Origin: Auanema rhodensis
Taxonomy: Eukaryota > Animalia > Nematoda
Direction: 5' to 3'
NCBI GenBank assembly: GCA_964057225.1
Contig: OZ059898.1
Span: 17,918,001-17,982,000, forward strand
DNA: 64,000 nucleotides
Shown one piece after another: positions 12,915-26,899 of this stretch (its first letter is position 1; each line of letters begins with the position of its first letter). The position numbers and the translations under genes are program-made. The notes beneath the pieces were generated by a model that had not been told where the DNA came from, ran no database searches, and saw nothing but the letters and a program-made list of their open reading frames with translations.

Positions 12915-15900
12915 TAACCATGACTTTGAAATTTACGTGAACTTTAATTTATGCTTATTAAGTGTACACGTGATGTGCACTTGGTATGTAACTCGCTTCA
13001 AGTGAAAGATAAAGAGATGCGGTTTTCAAAATTAGATTCCTCATGTCCATATTAGTCTAAAAACGAATTTTTATTGATATTGATGCATGGTAACCATGAC
13101 TTTGAAATTTACGTGAACTTTAATTTATGCTTATTAAGTGTACACGTGATGTGCACTTGGTATGTAACTCGCTTCAAGTGAAAGATAAAGAGATGCGGTT
13201 TTCAAAATTAGATTCCCCATGTCCATATTAGTCTAAAAACAAATTTTTATTGATATTGGTGCATGGTAACTATGACTTTGAAATTTACGTGAACTTTAAT
13301 TTATGCTAATTAAGTGTACACATGATGTGCACTTGGTATGTAACTCGCTTCACGTCAAAGATAAAGAGATGCGGTTTTCAAAATTAGATTTTGCATGTCC
13401 ATATTAGTCTAAAAACAAATTTTTATTGATATTGGTGCATGGTAACCATGACTTTGAAATTTACGTGAACTTTAATTTATGCTAATTAAGTGTACACGTG
13501 ATGTGCACTTGGTATGTAACTCGCTTCACGTGAAAGATGAAGAGATGCGGTATTCAAATTTAGGTTCCCCATGTCCATATTAGTCTAAAAACAAATTTTT
13601 GTTGATATTGGTGGATGGTAACCATGACTTTCAAATTTACGTGAACTTCAATTTATGCTAATTAAGTGTACACGTGATGTGCACTTGGTATGTAACTCGC
13701 TTCGCGTCAAAGATAAAGAGATGCGGTTTTCAAAATTAGATTCCCCATGTCCATATTAGTCTAAAAACAAATTTTTGTTGATATTGGTGGATGGTAACCA
13801 TGACTTTGAAATTTACGTGAACTTTAATTTATGCTAATTAAGTGTACACGTGATGTGCACTTGGTATGTAACTCGCTTCACGTGAAAGATAAAGAGATGC
13901 GGTTTTCAAAATTAGATTCCTCATGTCCATATTAGTCTAAAAACGAATTTTTAATGATATTGATGCATGGTAACCATGACTTTGAAATTTACGTGAACTT
14001 TAATTTATGCTTATTAAGTGTACACGTGATGTGCACTTGGTATGTAACTCGCTTCACGTGAAAGATAAAGGGATGCGGTTTTCAAGATTAGATTCCTCGT
14101 GTCCATATTAGTCTAAAAACAAATTTTTGTTGATATTGGTGGATGGTAACCATGACTTTGAAATTTACGTGAACTTTAATTTATGCTTATTAAGTGTACA
14201 CGCGATGTGCACTTGGTATGTAACTCGCTTCAAGTGAAAGATAAAGAGATGCGGTTTTCAAAATTAGATTCCCCATGTCCATATTAGTCTAAAAACAAAT
14301 TTTTATTGATATTGGTGCATGGTAACTATGACTTTGAAATTTACGTAAACTTTAATTTATGCTAATTAAGTGTACACATGATGTGCACTTGGTATGTAAC
14401 TCGCTTCACGTCAAAGATAAAGAGATGCGGTTTTCAAAATTAGATTTCGCATGTCCATATTAGTCTAAAAACAAATTTTTATTGATATTGGTGCATGGTA
14501 ACCATGACTTTGAAATTTACGTGAACTTTAATTTATGCTAATTAAGTGTACACGTGATGTGCACTTGGTATGTAACTCGCTTCACGTGAAAGATAAAGAG
14601 ATGCGGTTTTCAAAATTAGATTCCCCATGTCCATATTAGTCTAAAAACAAATTTTTATTGATATTGGTGCATGGCAACCATGACTTTAAAATTTACGTGT
14701 ACTTTAATTTATGCTAATTAAGTGTACACATGATGTGCACTTGGTATGTAACTCGCTTCACGTCAAAGATAAAGAGATGCGGTTTTCAAAATTAGATTTC
14801 GCATGTCCATATTAGTCTAAAAACAAATTTTTATTGATATTGGTGCATGGTAACCATGACTTTGAAATTTACGTGAACTTTAATTTATGCTAATTAAGTG
14901 TACACGTGATGTGCACTTGGTATGTAACTCGCTTCACGTGAAAGATGAAGAGATGCGGTATTCAAATTTAGGTTCCCCATGTCCATATTAGTCTAAAAAC
15001 AAATTTTTGTTGATATTGGTGGATGGTAACCATGACTTTCAAATTTACGTGAACTTCAATTTATGCTAATTAAGTGTACACGTGATGTGCACTTGGTATG
15101 TAACTCGCTTCGCGTCAAAGATAAAGAGATGCGGTTTTCAAAATTAGATTCCCCATGTCCATATTAGTCTAAAAACAAATTTTTGTTGATATTGGTGGAT
15201 GGTAACCATGACTTTGAAATTTACGTGAACTTTAATTTATGCTAATTAAGTGTACACGTGATGTGCACTTGGTATGTAACTCGCTTCACGTGAAAGATAA
15301 AGAGATGCGGTTTTCAAAATTAGATTCCTCATGTCCATATTAGTCTAAAAACGAATTTTTATTGATATTGATGCATGGTAACCATGACTTTGAAATTTAC
15401 GTGAACTTTAATTTATGCTTATTAAGTGTACACGTGATGTGCACTTGGTATGTAACTCGCTTCACGTGAAAGATAAAGGGATGCGGTTTTCAAGATTAGA
15501 TTCCTCGTGTCCATATTAGTCTAAAAACAAATTTTTGTTGATATTGGTGGATGGTAACCATGACTTTGAAATTTACGTGAACTTTAATTTATGCTTATTA
15601 AGTGTACACACGATGTGCACTTGGTATGTAACTCGCTTCAAGTGAAAGATAAAGAGATGCGGTTTTCAAAATTAGATTCCCCATGTCCATATTAGTCTAA
15701 AAACAAATTTTTATTGATATTGGTGCATGGTAACTATGACTTTGAAATTTACGTAAACTTTAATTTATGCTAATTAAGTGTACACATGATGTGCACTTGG
15801 TATGTAACTCGCTTCACGTCAAAGATAAAGAGATGCGGTTTTCAAAATTAGATTTCGCATGTCCATATTAGTCTAAAAACAAATTTTTATTGATATTGGT

Positions 15901-18900
15901 GCATGGTAACCATGACTTTGAAATTTACGTGAACTTTAATTTATGCTAATTAAGTGTACACGTGATGTGCACTTGGTATGTAACTCGCTTCACGTGAAAG
16001 ATAAAGAGATGCGGTTTTCAAAATTAGATTCCCCATGTCCATATTAGTCTAAAAACAAATTTTTATTGATATTGGTGCATGGCAACCATGACTTTAAAAT
16101 TTACGTGTACTTTAATTTATGCTAATTAAGTGTACACATGATGTGCACTTGGTATGTAACTCGCTTCACGTCAAAGATAAAGAGATGCGGTTTTCAAAAT
16201 TAGATTTCGCATGTCCATATTAGTCTAATAACAAATTTTTATTGATATTGGTGCATGGTAACCATGACTTTGAAATTTACGTGAACTTTAATTTATGCTA
16301 ATTAAGTGTACACGTGATGTGCACTTGGTATGTAACTCGCTTCACGTGAAAGATAAAGAGATGCGGTTTTCAAAATTAGATTCCCCATGTCCATATTAGT
16401 CTAAAAACAAATTTTTATTGATATTGGTGCATGGCAACCATGACTTTCAAATTTACGTGAACTTCAATTTATGCTAATTAAGTGTACACGTGATGTGCAC
16501 TTGGTATGTAACTCGCTTCGCGTCAAAGATAAAGAGATGCGGTTTTCAAAATTAGATTCCTCATGTCCATATTAGTCTAAAAACGAATTTTTATTGATAT
16601 TGGTGCATGGTAACCATGACTTTGAAATTTACGTGAACTTTAATTTATGCTAATTAAGTGTACACGTGATGTGCACTTGGTATGTAACTCGCTTCGCGTC
16701 AAAGATAAAGAGATGCGGTTTTCAAAATTAGATTCCTCATGTCCATATTAGTCTAAAAACGAATTTTTATTGATATTGATGCATGGTAACCATGACTTTG
16801 AAATTTACGTGAACTTTAATTTATGCTTATTAAGTGTACACGTGATGTGCACTTGGTGTGTAACTCGCTTCACGTGAAAGATAAAGGGATGCGGTTTTCA
16901 AGATTAGATTCCCCGTGTCCATATTAGTCTAAAAACAAATTTTTGTTGATATTGGTGGATGGTAACCATGACTTTGAAATTTACGTGAACTTTAATTTAT
17001 GCTAATTAAGTGTACACGTGATGTGCACTTGGTATGTAACTCGCTTCACGTGAAAGATAAAGAGATGCGGTTTTCAAAATTAGATTCCCCATGTCCATAT
17101 TAGTCTAAAAACAAATTTTTATTGATATTGGTGCATGGTAACCATGACTTTGAAATTTACGTGAACTTTAATTTATGCTAATTAAGTGTACTCGTGATGT
17201 GCACTTGGTATGTAACTCGCTTCACGTGAAAGATAAAGAGATGCGGTTTTCAAAATTAGATTCCTCATGTCCATATTAGTCTAAAAACAAATTTTTATTG
17301 GTATTGGTGCATGGTAACCATGACTTTGAAATTTATGTGAACTTTAATTTATGCTAATTAAGTGTACACATGATGTGCACTTGGTATGTAACTCGCTTCA
17401 CGTGAAAGATAAAGAGATGCGGTTTTCAAAATTAGATTCCTTATGTCCATATTAGTCTAAAAACATATTTTTATTGATATTGATGCATGGTAACCATGAC
17501 TTTGAAATTTACGTGAACTTTAATTTATGCTTATTAAGTGTACACGTGATGTGCACTTGGTATGTAACTCGCTTCACGTGAAAGATAAAGGGATGCGGTT
17601 TTCAAAATTAGATTCCCCATGTCCATATTAGTCTAAAAACAAATTTTTGTTGATATTGGTGGATGGTAACCATGACTTTGAAATTTACGTGAACTTTAAT
17701 TTATGCTTATTAAGTGTACACGTGATGTGCACTTGGTATGTAACTCGCTTCAAGTGAAAGATAAAGAGATGCGGTTTTCAAAATTAGATTCCTCATGTCC
17801 ATATTTGTCTAAAAACGAATTTTTATTGATATTGATGCATGGTAACCATGACTTTGAAATTTACGTGAACTTTAATTTATGCTTATTAAGTGTACACGTG
17901 ATGTGCACTTGGTATGTAACTCGCTTCAAGTGAAAGATAAAGAGATGCGGTTTTCAAAATTAGATTCCCCATGTCCATATTAGTCTAAAAACAAATTTTT
18001 ATTGATATTGGTGCATGGTAACTATGACTTTGAAATTTACGTGAACTTTAATTTATGCTAATTAAGTGTACACATGATGTGCACTTGGTATGTAACTCGC
18101 TTCACGTCAAAGATAAAGAGATGCGGTTTTCAAAATTAGATTTCGCATGTCCATATTAGTCTAAAAACAAATTTTTATTGATATTGGTGCATGGTAACCA
18201 TGACTTTGAAATTTACGTGAACTTTAATTTATGCTAATTAAGTGTACACGTGATGTGCACTTGGTATGTAACTCGCTTCACGTGAAAGATGAAGAGATGC
18301 GGTATTCAAATTTAGGTTCCCCATGTCCATATTAGTCTAAAAACAAATTTTTGTTGATATTGGTGGATGGTAACCATGACTTTCAAATTTACGTGAACTT
18401 CAACTTATGCTAATTAAGTGTACACGTGATGTGCACTTGGTATGTAACTCGCTTCGCGTCAAAGATAAAGAGATGCGGTTTTCAAAATTAGATTCCCCAT
18501 GTCCATATTAGTCTAAAAACAAATTTTTGTTGATATTGGTGGATGGTAACCATGACTTTGAAATTTACGTGAACTTTAATTTATGCTAATTAAGTGTACA
18601 CGTGATGTGCACTTGGTATGTAACTCGCTTCACGTGAAAGATAAAGAGATGCGGTTTTCAAAATTAGATTCCTCATGTCCATATTAGTCTAAAAACGAAT
18701 TTTTATTGATATTGATGCATGGTAACCATGACTTTGAAATTTACGTGAACTTTAATTTATGCTTATTAAGTGTACACGTGATGTGCACTTGGTATGTAAC
18801 TCGCTTCACGTGAAAGATAAAGGGATGCGGTTTTCAAGATTAGATTCCTCGTGTCCATATTAGTCTAAAAACAAATTTTTGTTGATATTGGTGGATGGTA

Positions 18901-21900
18901 ACCATGACTTTGAAATTTACGTGAACTTTAATTTATGCTTATTAAGTGTACACGCGATGTGCACTTGGTATGTAACTCGCTTCAAGTGAAAGATAAAGAG
19001 ATGCGGTTTTCAAAATTAGATTCCCCATGTCCATATTAGTCTAAAAACAAATTTTTATTGATATTGGTGCATGGTAACTATGACTTTGAAATTTACGTAA
19101 ACTTTAATTTATGCTAATTAAGTGTACACATGATGTGCACTTGGTATGTAACTCGCTTCACGTCAAAGATAAAGAGATGCGGTTTTCAAAATTAGATTTC
19201 GCATGTCCATATTAGTCTAAAAACAAATTTTTATTGATATTGGTGCATGGTAACCATGACTTTGAAATTTACGTGAACTTTAATTTATGCTAATTAAGTG
19301 TACACGTGATGTGCACTTGGTATGTAACTCGCTTCACGTGAAAGATAAAGAGATGCGGTTTTCAAAATTAGATTCCCCATGTCCATATTAGTCTAAAAAC
19401 AAATTTTTATTGATATTGGTGCATGGCAACCATGACTTTAAAATTTACGTGTACTTTAATTTATGCTAATTAAGTGTACACATGATGTGCACTTGGTATG
19501 TAACTCGCTTCACGTCAAAGATAAAGAGATGCGGTTTTCAAAATTAGATTTCGCATGTCCATATTAGTCTAAAAACAAATTTTTATTGATATTGGTGCAT
19601 GGTAACCATGACTTTGAAATTTACGTGAACTTTAATTTATGCTAATTAAGTGTACACGTGATGTGCACTTGGTATGTAACTCGCTTCACGTGAAAGATGA
19701 AGAGATGCGGTATTCAAATTTAGGTTCCCCATGTCCATATTAGTCTAAAAACAAATTTTTGTTGATATTGGTGGATGGTAACCATGACTTTCAAATTTAC
19801 GTGAACTTCAATTTATGCTAATTAAGTGTACACGTGATGTGCACTTGGTATGTAACTCGCTTCGCGTCAAAGATAAAGAGATGCGGTTTTCAAAATTAGA
19901 TTCCCCATGTCCATATTAGTCTAAAAACAAATTTTTGTTGATATTGGTGGATGGTAACCATGACTTTGAAATTTACGTGAACTTTAATTTATGCTAATTA
20001 AGTGTACACGTGATGTGCACTTGGTATGTAACTCGCTTCACGTGAAAGATAAAGAGATGCGGTTTTCAAAATTAGATTCCTCATGTCCATATTAGTCTAA
20101 AAACGAATTTTTATTGATATTGATGCATGGTAACCATGACTTTGAAATTTACGTGAACTTTAATTTATGCTTATTAAGTGTACACGTGATGTGCACTTGG
20201 TATGTAACTCGCTTCACGTGAAAGATAAAGGGATGCGGTTTTCAAGATTAGATTCCTCGTGTCCATATTAGTCTAAAAACAAATTTTTGTTGATATTGGT
20301 GGATGGTAACCATGACTTTGAAATTTACGTGAACTTTAATTTATGCTTATTAAGTGTACACGCGATGTGCACTTGGTATGTAACTCGCTTCAAGTGAAAG
20401 ATAAAGAGATGCGGTTTTCAAAATTAGATTCCCCATGTCCATATTAGTCTAAAAACAAATTTTTATTGATATTGGTGCATGGTAACTATGACTTTGAAAT
20501 TTACGTAAACTTTAATTTATGCTAATTAAGTGTACACATGATGTGCACTTGGTATGTAACTCGCTTCACGTCAAAGATAAAGAGATGCGGTTTTCAAAAT
20601 TAGATTTCGCATGTCCATATTAGTCTAAAAACAAATTTTTATTGATATTGGTGCATGGTAACCATGACTTTGAAATTTACGTGAACTTTAATTTATGCTA
20701 ATTAAGTGTACACGTGATGTGCACTTGGTATGTAACTCGCTTCACGTGAAAGATAAAGAGATGCGGTTTTCAAAATTAGATTCCCCATGTCCATATTAGT
20801 CTAAAAACAAATTTTTATTGATATTGGTGCATGGCAACCATGACTTTAAAATTTACGTGTACTTTAATTTATGCTAATTAAGTGTACACATGATGTGCAC
20901 TTGGTATGTAACTCGCTTCACGTCAAAGATAAAGAGATGCGGTTTTCAAAATTAGATTTCGCATGTCCATATTAGTCTAATAACAAATTTTTATTGATAT
21001 TGGTGCATGGTAACCATGACTTTGAAATTTACGTGAACTTTAATTTATGCTAATTAAGTGTACACGTGATGTGCACTTGGTATGTAACTCGCTTCACGTG
21101 AAAGATAAAGAGATGCGGTTTTCAAAATTAGATTCCCCATGTCCATATTAGTCTAAAAACAAATTTTTATTGATATTGGTGCATGGCAACCATGACTTTC
21201 AAATTTACGTGAACTTCAATTTATGCTAATTAAGTGTACACGTGATGTGCACTTGGTATGTAACTCGCTTCGCGTCAAAGATAAAGAGATGCGGTTTTCA
21301 AAATTAGATTCCTCATGTCCATATTAGTCTAAAAACGAATTTTTATTGATATTGGTGCATGGTAACCATGACTTTGAAATTTACGTGAACTTTAATTTAT
21401 GCTAATTAAGTGTACACGTGATGTGCACTTGGTATGTAACTCGCTTCGCGTCAAAGATAAAGAGATGCGGTTTTCAAAATTAGATTCCTCATGTCCATAT
21501 TAGTCTAAAAACGAATTTTTATTGATATTGATGCATGGTAACCATGACTTTGAAATTTACGTGAACTTTAATTTATGCTTATTAAGTGTACACGTGATGT
21601 GCACTTGGTGTGTAACTCGCTTCACGTGAAAGATAAAGGGATGCGGTTTTCAAGATTAGATTCCCCGTGTCCATATTAGTCTAAAAACAAATTTTTGTTG
21701 ATATTGGTGGATGGTAACCATGACTTTGAAATTTACGTGAACTTTAATTTATGCTAATTAAGTGTACACGTGATGTGCACTTGGTATGTAACTCGCTTCA
21801 CGTGAAAGATAAAGAGATGCGGTTTTCAAAATTAGATTCCCCATGTCCATATTAGTCTAAAAACAAATTTTTATTGATATTGGTGCATGGTAACCATGAC

Positions 21901-22455
21901 TTTGAAATTTACGTGAACTTTAATTTATGCTAATTAAGTGTACTCGTGATGTGCACTTGGTATGTAACTCGCTTCACGTGAAAGATAAAGAGATGCGGTT
22001 TTCAAAATTAGATTCCTCATGTCCATATTAGTCTAAAAACAAATTTTTATTGGTATTGGTGCATGGTAACCATGACTTTGAAATTTATGTGAACTTTAAT
22101 TTATGCTAATTAAGTGTACACATGATGTGCACTTGGTATGTAACTCGCTTCACGTGAAAGATAAAGAGATGCGGTTTTCAAAATTAGATTCCTTATGTCC
22201 ATATTAGTCTAAAAACATATTTTTATTGATATTGATGCATGGTAACCATGACTTTGAAATTTACGTGAACTTTAATTTATGCTTATTAAGTGTACACGTG
22301 ATGTGCACTTGGTATGTAACTCGCTTCACGTGAAAGATAAAGGGATGCGGTTTTCAAAATTAGATTCCCCATGTCCATATTAGTCTAAAAACAAATTTTT
22401 GTTGATATTGGTGGATGGTAACCATGACTTTGAAATTTACGTGAACTTTAATTTA
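12915..22455 (+). repeat. Tandem duplication of a 27-monomer (4752-bp) block, each copy containing an internal 8-monomer (1408-bp) duplication
   Basis: Rare variants recur at +4752: tattcaaatttagg 13551/18303 and 14959/19711; acttggtgtg 16851/21603; ttatgtcc 17441/22193. Internal +1408 offsets: 13551/14959 and 18303/19711. Boundaries are approximate. Confidence 0.9.
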
Positions 22456-22959
22456 TGCTAATTAAGTGTACACGTGATGTGCACTTGGTATGTAACTCGC
22501 TTCACGTGAAAGATAAAGAGATGCGATTTTCAAAATTAGATTCCCCATGTCCATATTAGTCTAAAAACAAATTTTTATTGATATTGGTGCATGGTAACCA
22601 TGACTTTGAAATTTACGTGAACTTTAATTTATGCTAATTAAGTGTACACATGATGTGCACTTGGTATGTAACTCGCTTCACGTGAAAGATAAAGAGATGC
22701 GGTTTTCAAAATTAGATTTCGCATGTCCATATTATTCTAAAAACGAATTTTTATTGATATTGGTGCATGGTAACCATGACTTTGAAATTTACGTGAACTT
22801 TAATTTATGCTAATTAAGTGTACACGTGATGTGCACTTGGTATGTAACTCGCTTCACGTGAAAGATAAAGAGATGCGGTTTTCAAAATTAGATTCCCCTT
22901 GTCCATATTAGTCTAAAAACAAATTTTTATTGATTTTGGTGCATGGTAACCATGACTTT

Positions 22960-22963
22960 GAAC
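22960..22963 (+). other. Junction of a 70-bp internal deletion (one truncated 106-bp monomer)
   Basis: The sequence reads catgactttga|acgtgaaagataaag instead of catgactttga-aatttacgt...cgcttc-acgtgaaag. The downstream phase shift agrees. Confidence 0.95.
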
Positions 22964-25900
22964 GTGAAAGATAAAGAGATGCGGTTTTCAAAATTAGATT
23001 CCTCATGTCCATATTAGTCTAAAAACGAATTTTTATTGATATTGATGCATGGTAACCATGACTTTGAAATTTACGTGAACTTTAATTTATGCTTATTAAG
23101 TGTACACGTGATGTGCACTTGGTATGTAACTCGCTTCAAGTGAAAGATAAAGAGATGCGGTTTTCAAAATTAGATTTCGCATGTCCATATTAGTCTAAAA
23201 ACAAATTTTTATTGATATTGGTGCATGGTAACCATGACTTTGAAATTTACGTGAACTTTAATTTATGCTAATTAAGTGTACACGTGATGTGCACTTGGTA
23301 TGTAACTCGCTTCACGTGAAAGATAAAGAGATGCGGTTTTCAAAATTAGATTCCCCATGTCCATATTAGTCTAAAAACAAATTTTTATTGATATTGGTGC
23401 ATGGCAACCATGACTTTAAAATTTACGTGTACTTTAATTTATGCTAATTAAGTGTACACATGATGTGCACTTGGTATGTAACTCGCTTCACGTCAAAGAT
23501 AAAGAGATGCGGTTTTCAAAATTAGATTTCGCATGTCCATATTAGTCTAATAACAAATTTTTATTGATATTGGTGCATGGTAACCATGACTTTGAAATTT
23601 ACGTGAACTTTAATTTATGCTAATTAAGTGTACACGTGATGTGCACTTGGTATGTAACTCGCTTCACGTGAAAGATAAAGAGATGCGGTTTTCAAAATTA
23701 GATTCCCCATGTCCATATTAGTCTAAAAACAAATTTTTATTGATATTGGTGCATGGCAACCATGACTTTCAAATTTACGTGAACTTCAATTTATGCTAAT
23801 TAAGTGTACACGTGATGTGCACTTGGTATGTAACTCGCTTCGCGTCAAAGATAAAGAGATGCGGTTTTCAAAATTAGATTCCTCATGTCCATATTAGTCT
23901 AAAAACGAATTTGTATTGATATTGGTGCATGGTAACCATGACTTTGAAATTTACGTGAACTTTAATTTATGCTAATTAAGTGTACACGTGATGTGCACTT
24001 GGTATGTAACTCGCTTCGCGTCAAAGATAAAGAGATGCGGTTTTCAAAATTAGATTCCTCATGTCCATATTAGTCTAAAAACGAATTTTTATTGATATTG
24101 ATGCATGGTAACCATGAGTTTGAAATTTACGTGAACTTTAATTTATGCTTATTAAGTGTACACGTGATGTGCACTTGGTATGTAACTCGCTTCACGTGAA
24201 AGATAAAGAGATGCGGTTTTCAAAATTAGATTCCCCATGTCCATATTAGTCTAAAAACAAATTTTTATTGATATTGGTGCATGGTAACTATGACTTTGAA
24301 ATTTACGTAAACTTTAATTTATGCTAATTAAGTGTACACATGATGTGCACTTGGTATGTAACTCGCTTCACGTCAAAGATAAAGAGATGCGGTTTTCAAA
24401 ATTAGATTTCGCATGTCCATATTAGTCTAAAAACAAATTTTTATTGATATTGGTGCATGGTAACCATGACTTTGAAATTTACGTGAACTTTAATTTATGC
24501 TAATTAAGTGTACACGTGATGTGCACTTGGTATGTAACTCGCTTCACGTGAAAGATAAAGAGATGCGGTTTTCAAAATTAGATTTCGCATGTCCATATTA
24601 GTCTAATAACAAATTTTTATTGATATTGGTGCATGGTAACCATGACTTTGAAATTTACGTGAACTTTAATTTATGCTAATTAAGTGTACACGTGATGTGC
24701 ACTTGGTATGTAACTCGCTTCAAGTGAAAGATAAAGAGATGCGGTTTTCAAAATTAGATTCCCAATGTCCATATTAGTCTAAAAACAAATTTTTATTGAT
24801 ATTGGTGCATGGTAACTATGACTTTGAAATTTACGTAAACTTTAATTTATGCTAATTAAGTGTATACATGATGTGCACTTGGTATGTAACTCGCTTCACG
24901 TCAAAGATAAAGAGATGCGGTTTTCAAAATTAGATTTCGCATGTCCATATTAGTCTAAAAACAAATTTTTATTGATATTGGTGCATGGTAACCATGACTT
25001 TGAAATTTACGTGAACTTTAATTTATGCTAATTAAGTGTACACGTGATGTGCACTTGGTATGTAACTCGCTTCACGTGAAAGATAAAGAGATGCGGTTTT
25101 CAAAATTAGATTCCCAATGTCCATATTAGTCTAAAAACAAATTTTTATTGATATTGGTGCATGGTAACTATGACTTTGAAATTTACGTAAACTTTAATTT
25201 ATGCTAATTAAGTGTATACATGATGTGCACTTGGTATGTAACTCGCTTCACGTCAAAGATAAAGAGATGCGGTTTTCAAAATTAGATTTCGCATGTCCAT
25301 ATTAGTCTAAAAACAAATTTTTATTGATATTGGTGCATGGTAACCATGACTTTGAAATTTACGTGAACTTTAATTTATGCTAATTAAGTGTACACGTGAT
25401 GTGCACTTGGTATGTAACTCGCTTCACGTGAAAGATAAAGAGATGCGGTTTTCAAAATTAGATTCCCCATGTCCATATTAGTCTAAAAACAAATTTTTAT
25501 TGATATTGGTGCATGGCAACCATGACTTTAAAATTTACGTGTACTTTAATTTATGCTAATTAAGTGTACACATGATGTGCACTTGGTATGTAACTCGCTT
25601 CACGTCAAAGATAAAGAGATGCGGTTTTCAAAATTAGATTTCGCATGTCCATATTAGTCTAATAACAAATTTTTATTGATATTGGTGCATGGTAACCATG
25701 ACTTTGAAATTTACGTGAACTTTAATTTATGCTAATTAAGTGTACACGTGATGTGCACTTGGTATGTAACTCGCTTCACGTGAAAGATAAAGAGATGCGG
25801 TTTTCAAAATTAGATTCCCCATGTCCATATTAGTCTAAAAACAAATTTTTATTGATATTGGTGCATGGCAACCATGACTTTCAAATTTACGTGAACTTCA

Positions 25901-26899
25901 ATTTATGCTAATTAAGTGTACACGTGATGTGCACTTGGTATGTAACTCGCTTCGCGTCAAAGATAAAGAGATGCGGTTTTCAAAATTAGATTCCTCATGT
26001 CCATATTAGTCTAAAAACGAATTTGTATTGATATTGGTGCATGGTAACCATGACTTTGAAATTTACGTGAACTTTAATTTATGCTAATTAAGTGTACACG
26101 TGATGTGCACTTGGTATGTAACTCGCTTCGCGTCAAAGATAAAGAGATGCGGTTTTCAAAATTAGATTCCTCATGTCCATATTAGTCTAAAAACGAATTT
26201 TTATTGATATTGATGCATGGTAACCATGAGTTTGAAATTTACGTGAACTTTAATTTATGCTTATTAAGTGTACACGTGATGTGCACTTGGTATGTAACTC
26301 GCTTCACGTCAAAGATAAAGAGATGCGGTTTTCAAAATTAGATTTCGCATGTCCATATTAGTCTAAAAACAAATTTTTATTGATATTGGTGCATGGTAAC
26401 CATGACTTTGAAATTTACGTGAACTTTAATTTATGCTAATTAAGTGTACACGTGATGTGCACTTGGTATGTAACTCGCTTCACGTGAAAGATAAAGAGAT
26501 GCGGTTTTCAAAATTAGATTCCCCATGTCGATATTAGTCTAAAAACAAATTTTTATTGATATTGGTGCATGGCAACCATGACTTTAAAATTTACGTGTAC
26601 TTTAATTTATGCTAATTAAGTGTACACATGATGTGCACTTGGTATGTAACTCGCTTCACGTCAAAGATAAAGAGATGCGGTTTTCAAAATTAGATTTCGC
26701 ATGTCCATATTAGTCTAATAACAAATTTTTATTGATATTGGTGCATGGTAACCATGACTTTGAAATTTACGTGAACTTTAATTTATGCTAATTAAGTGTA
26801 CACGTGATGTGCACTTGGTATGTAACTCGCTTCACGTGAAAGATAAAGAGATGCGGTTTTCAAAATTAGATTCCCCATGTCCATATTAGTCTAAAAACA

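Noticed and set aside
17703-17933. 76-aa ORF (MLIKCTRDVHLVCNS...)
   Set aside because: It is a translation of the satellite monomer, opened by a private TAG>TTG change plus the gcttat variant. There is no recognisable domain or gene context.
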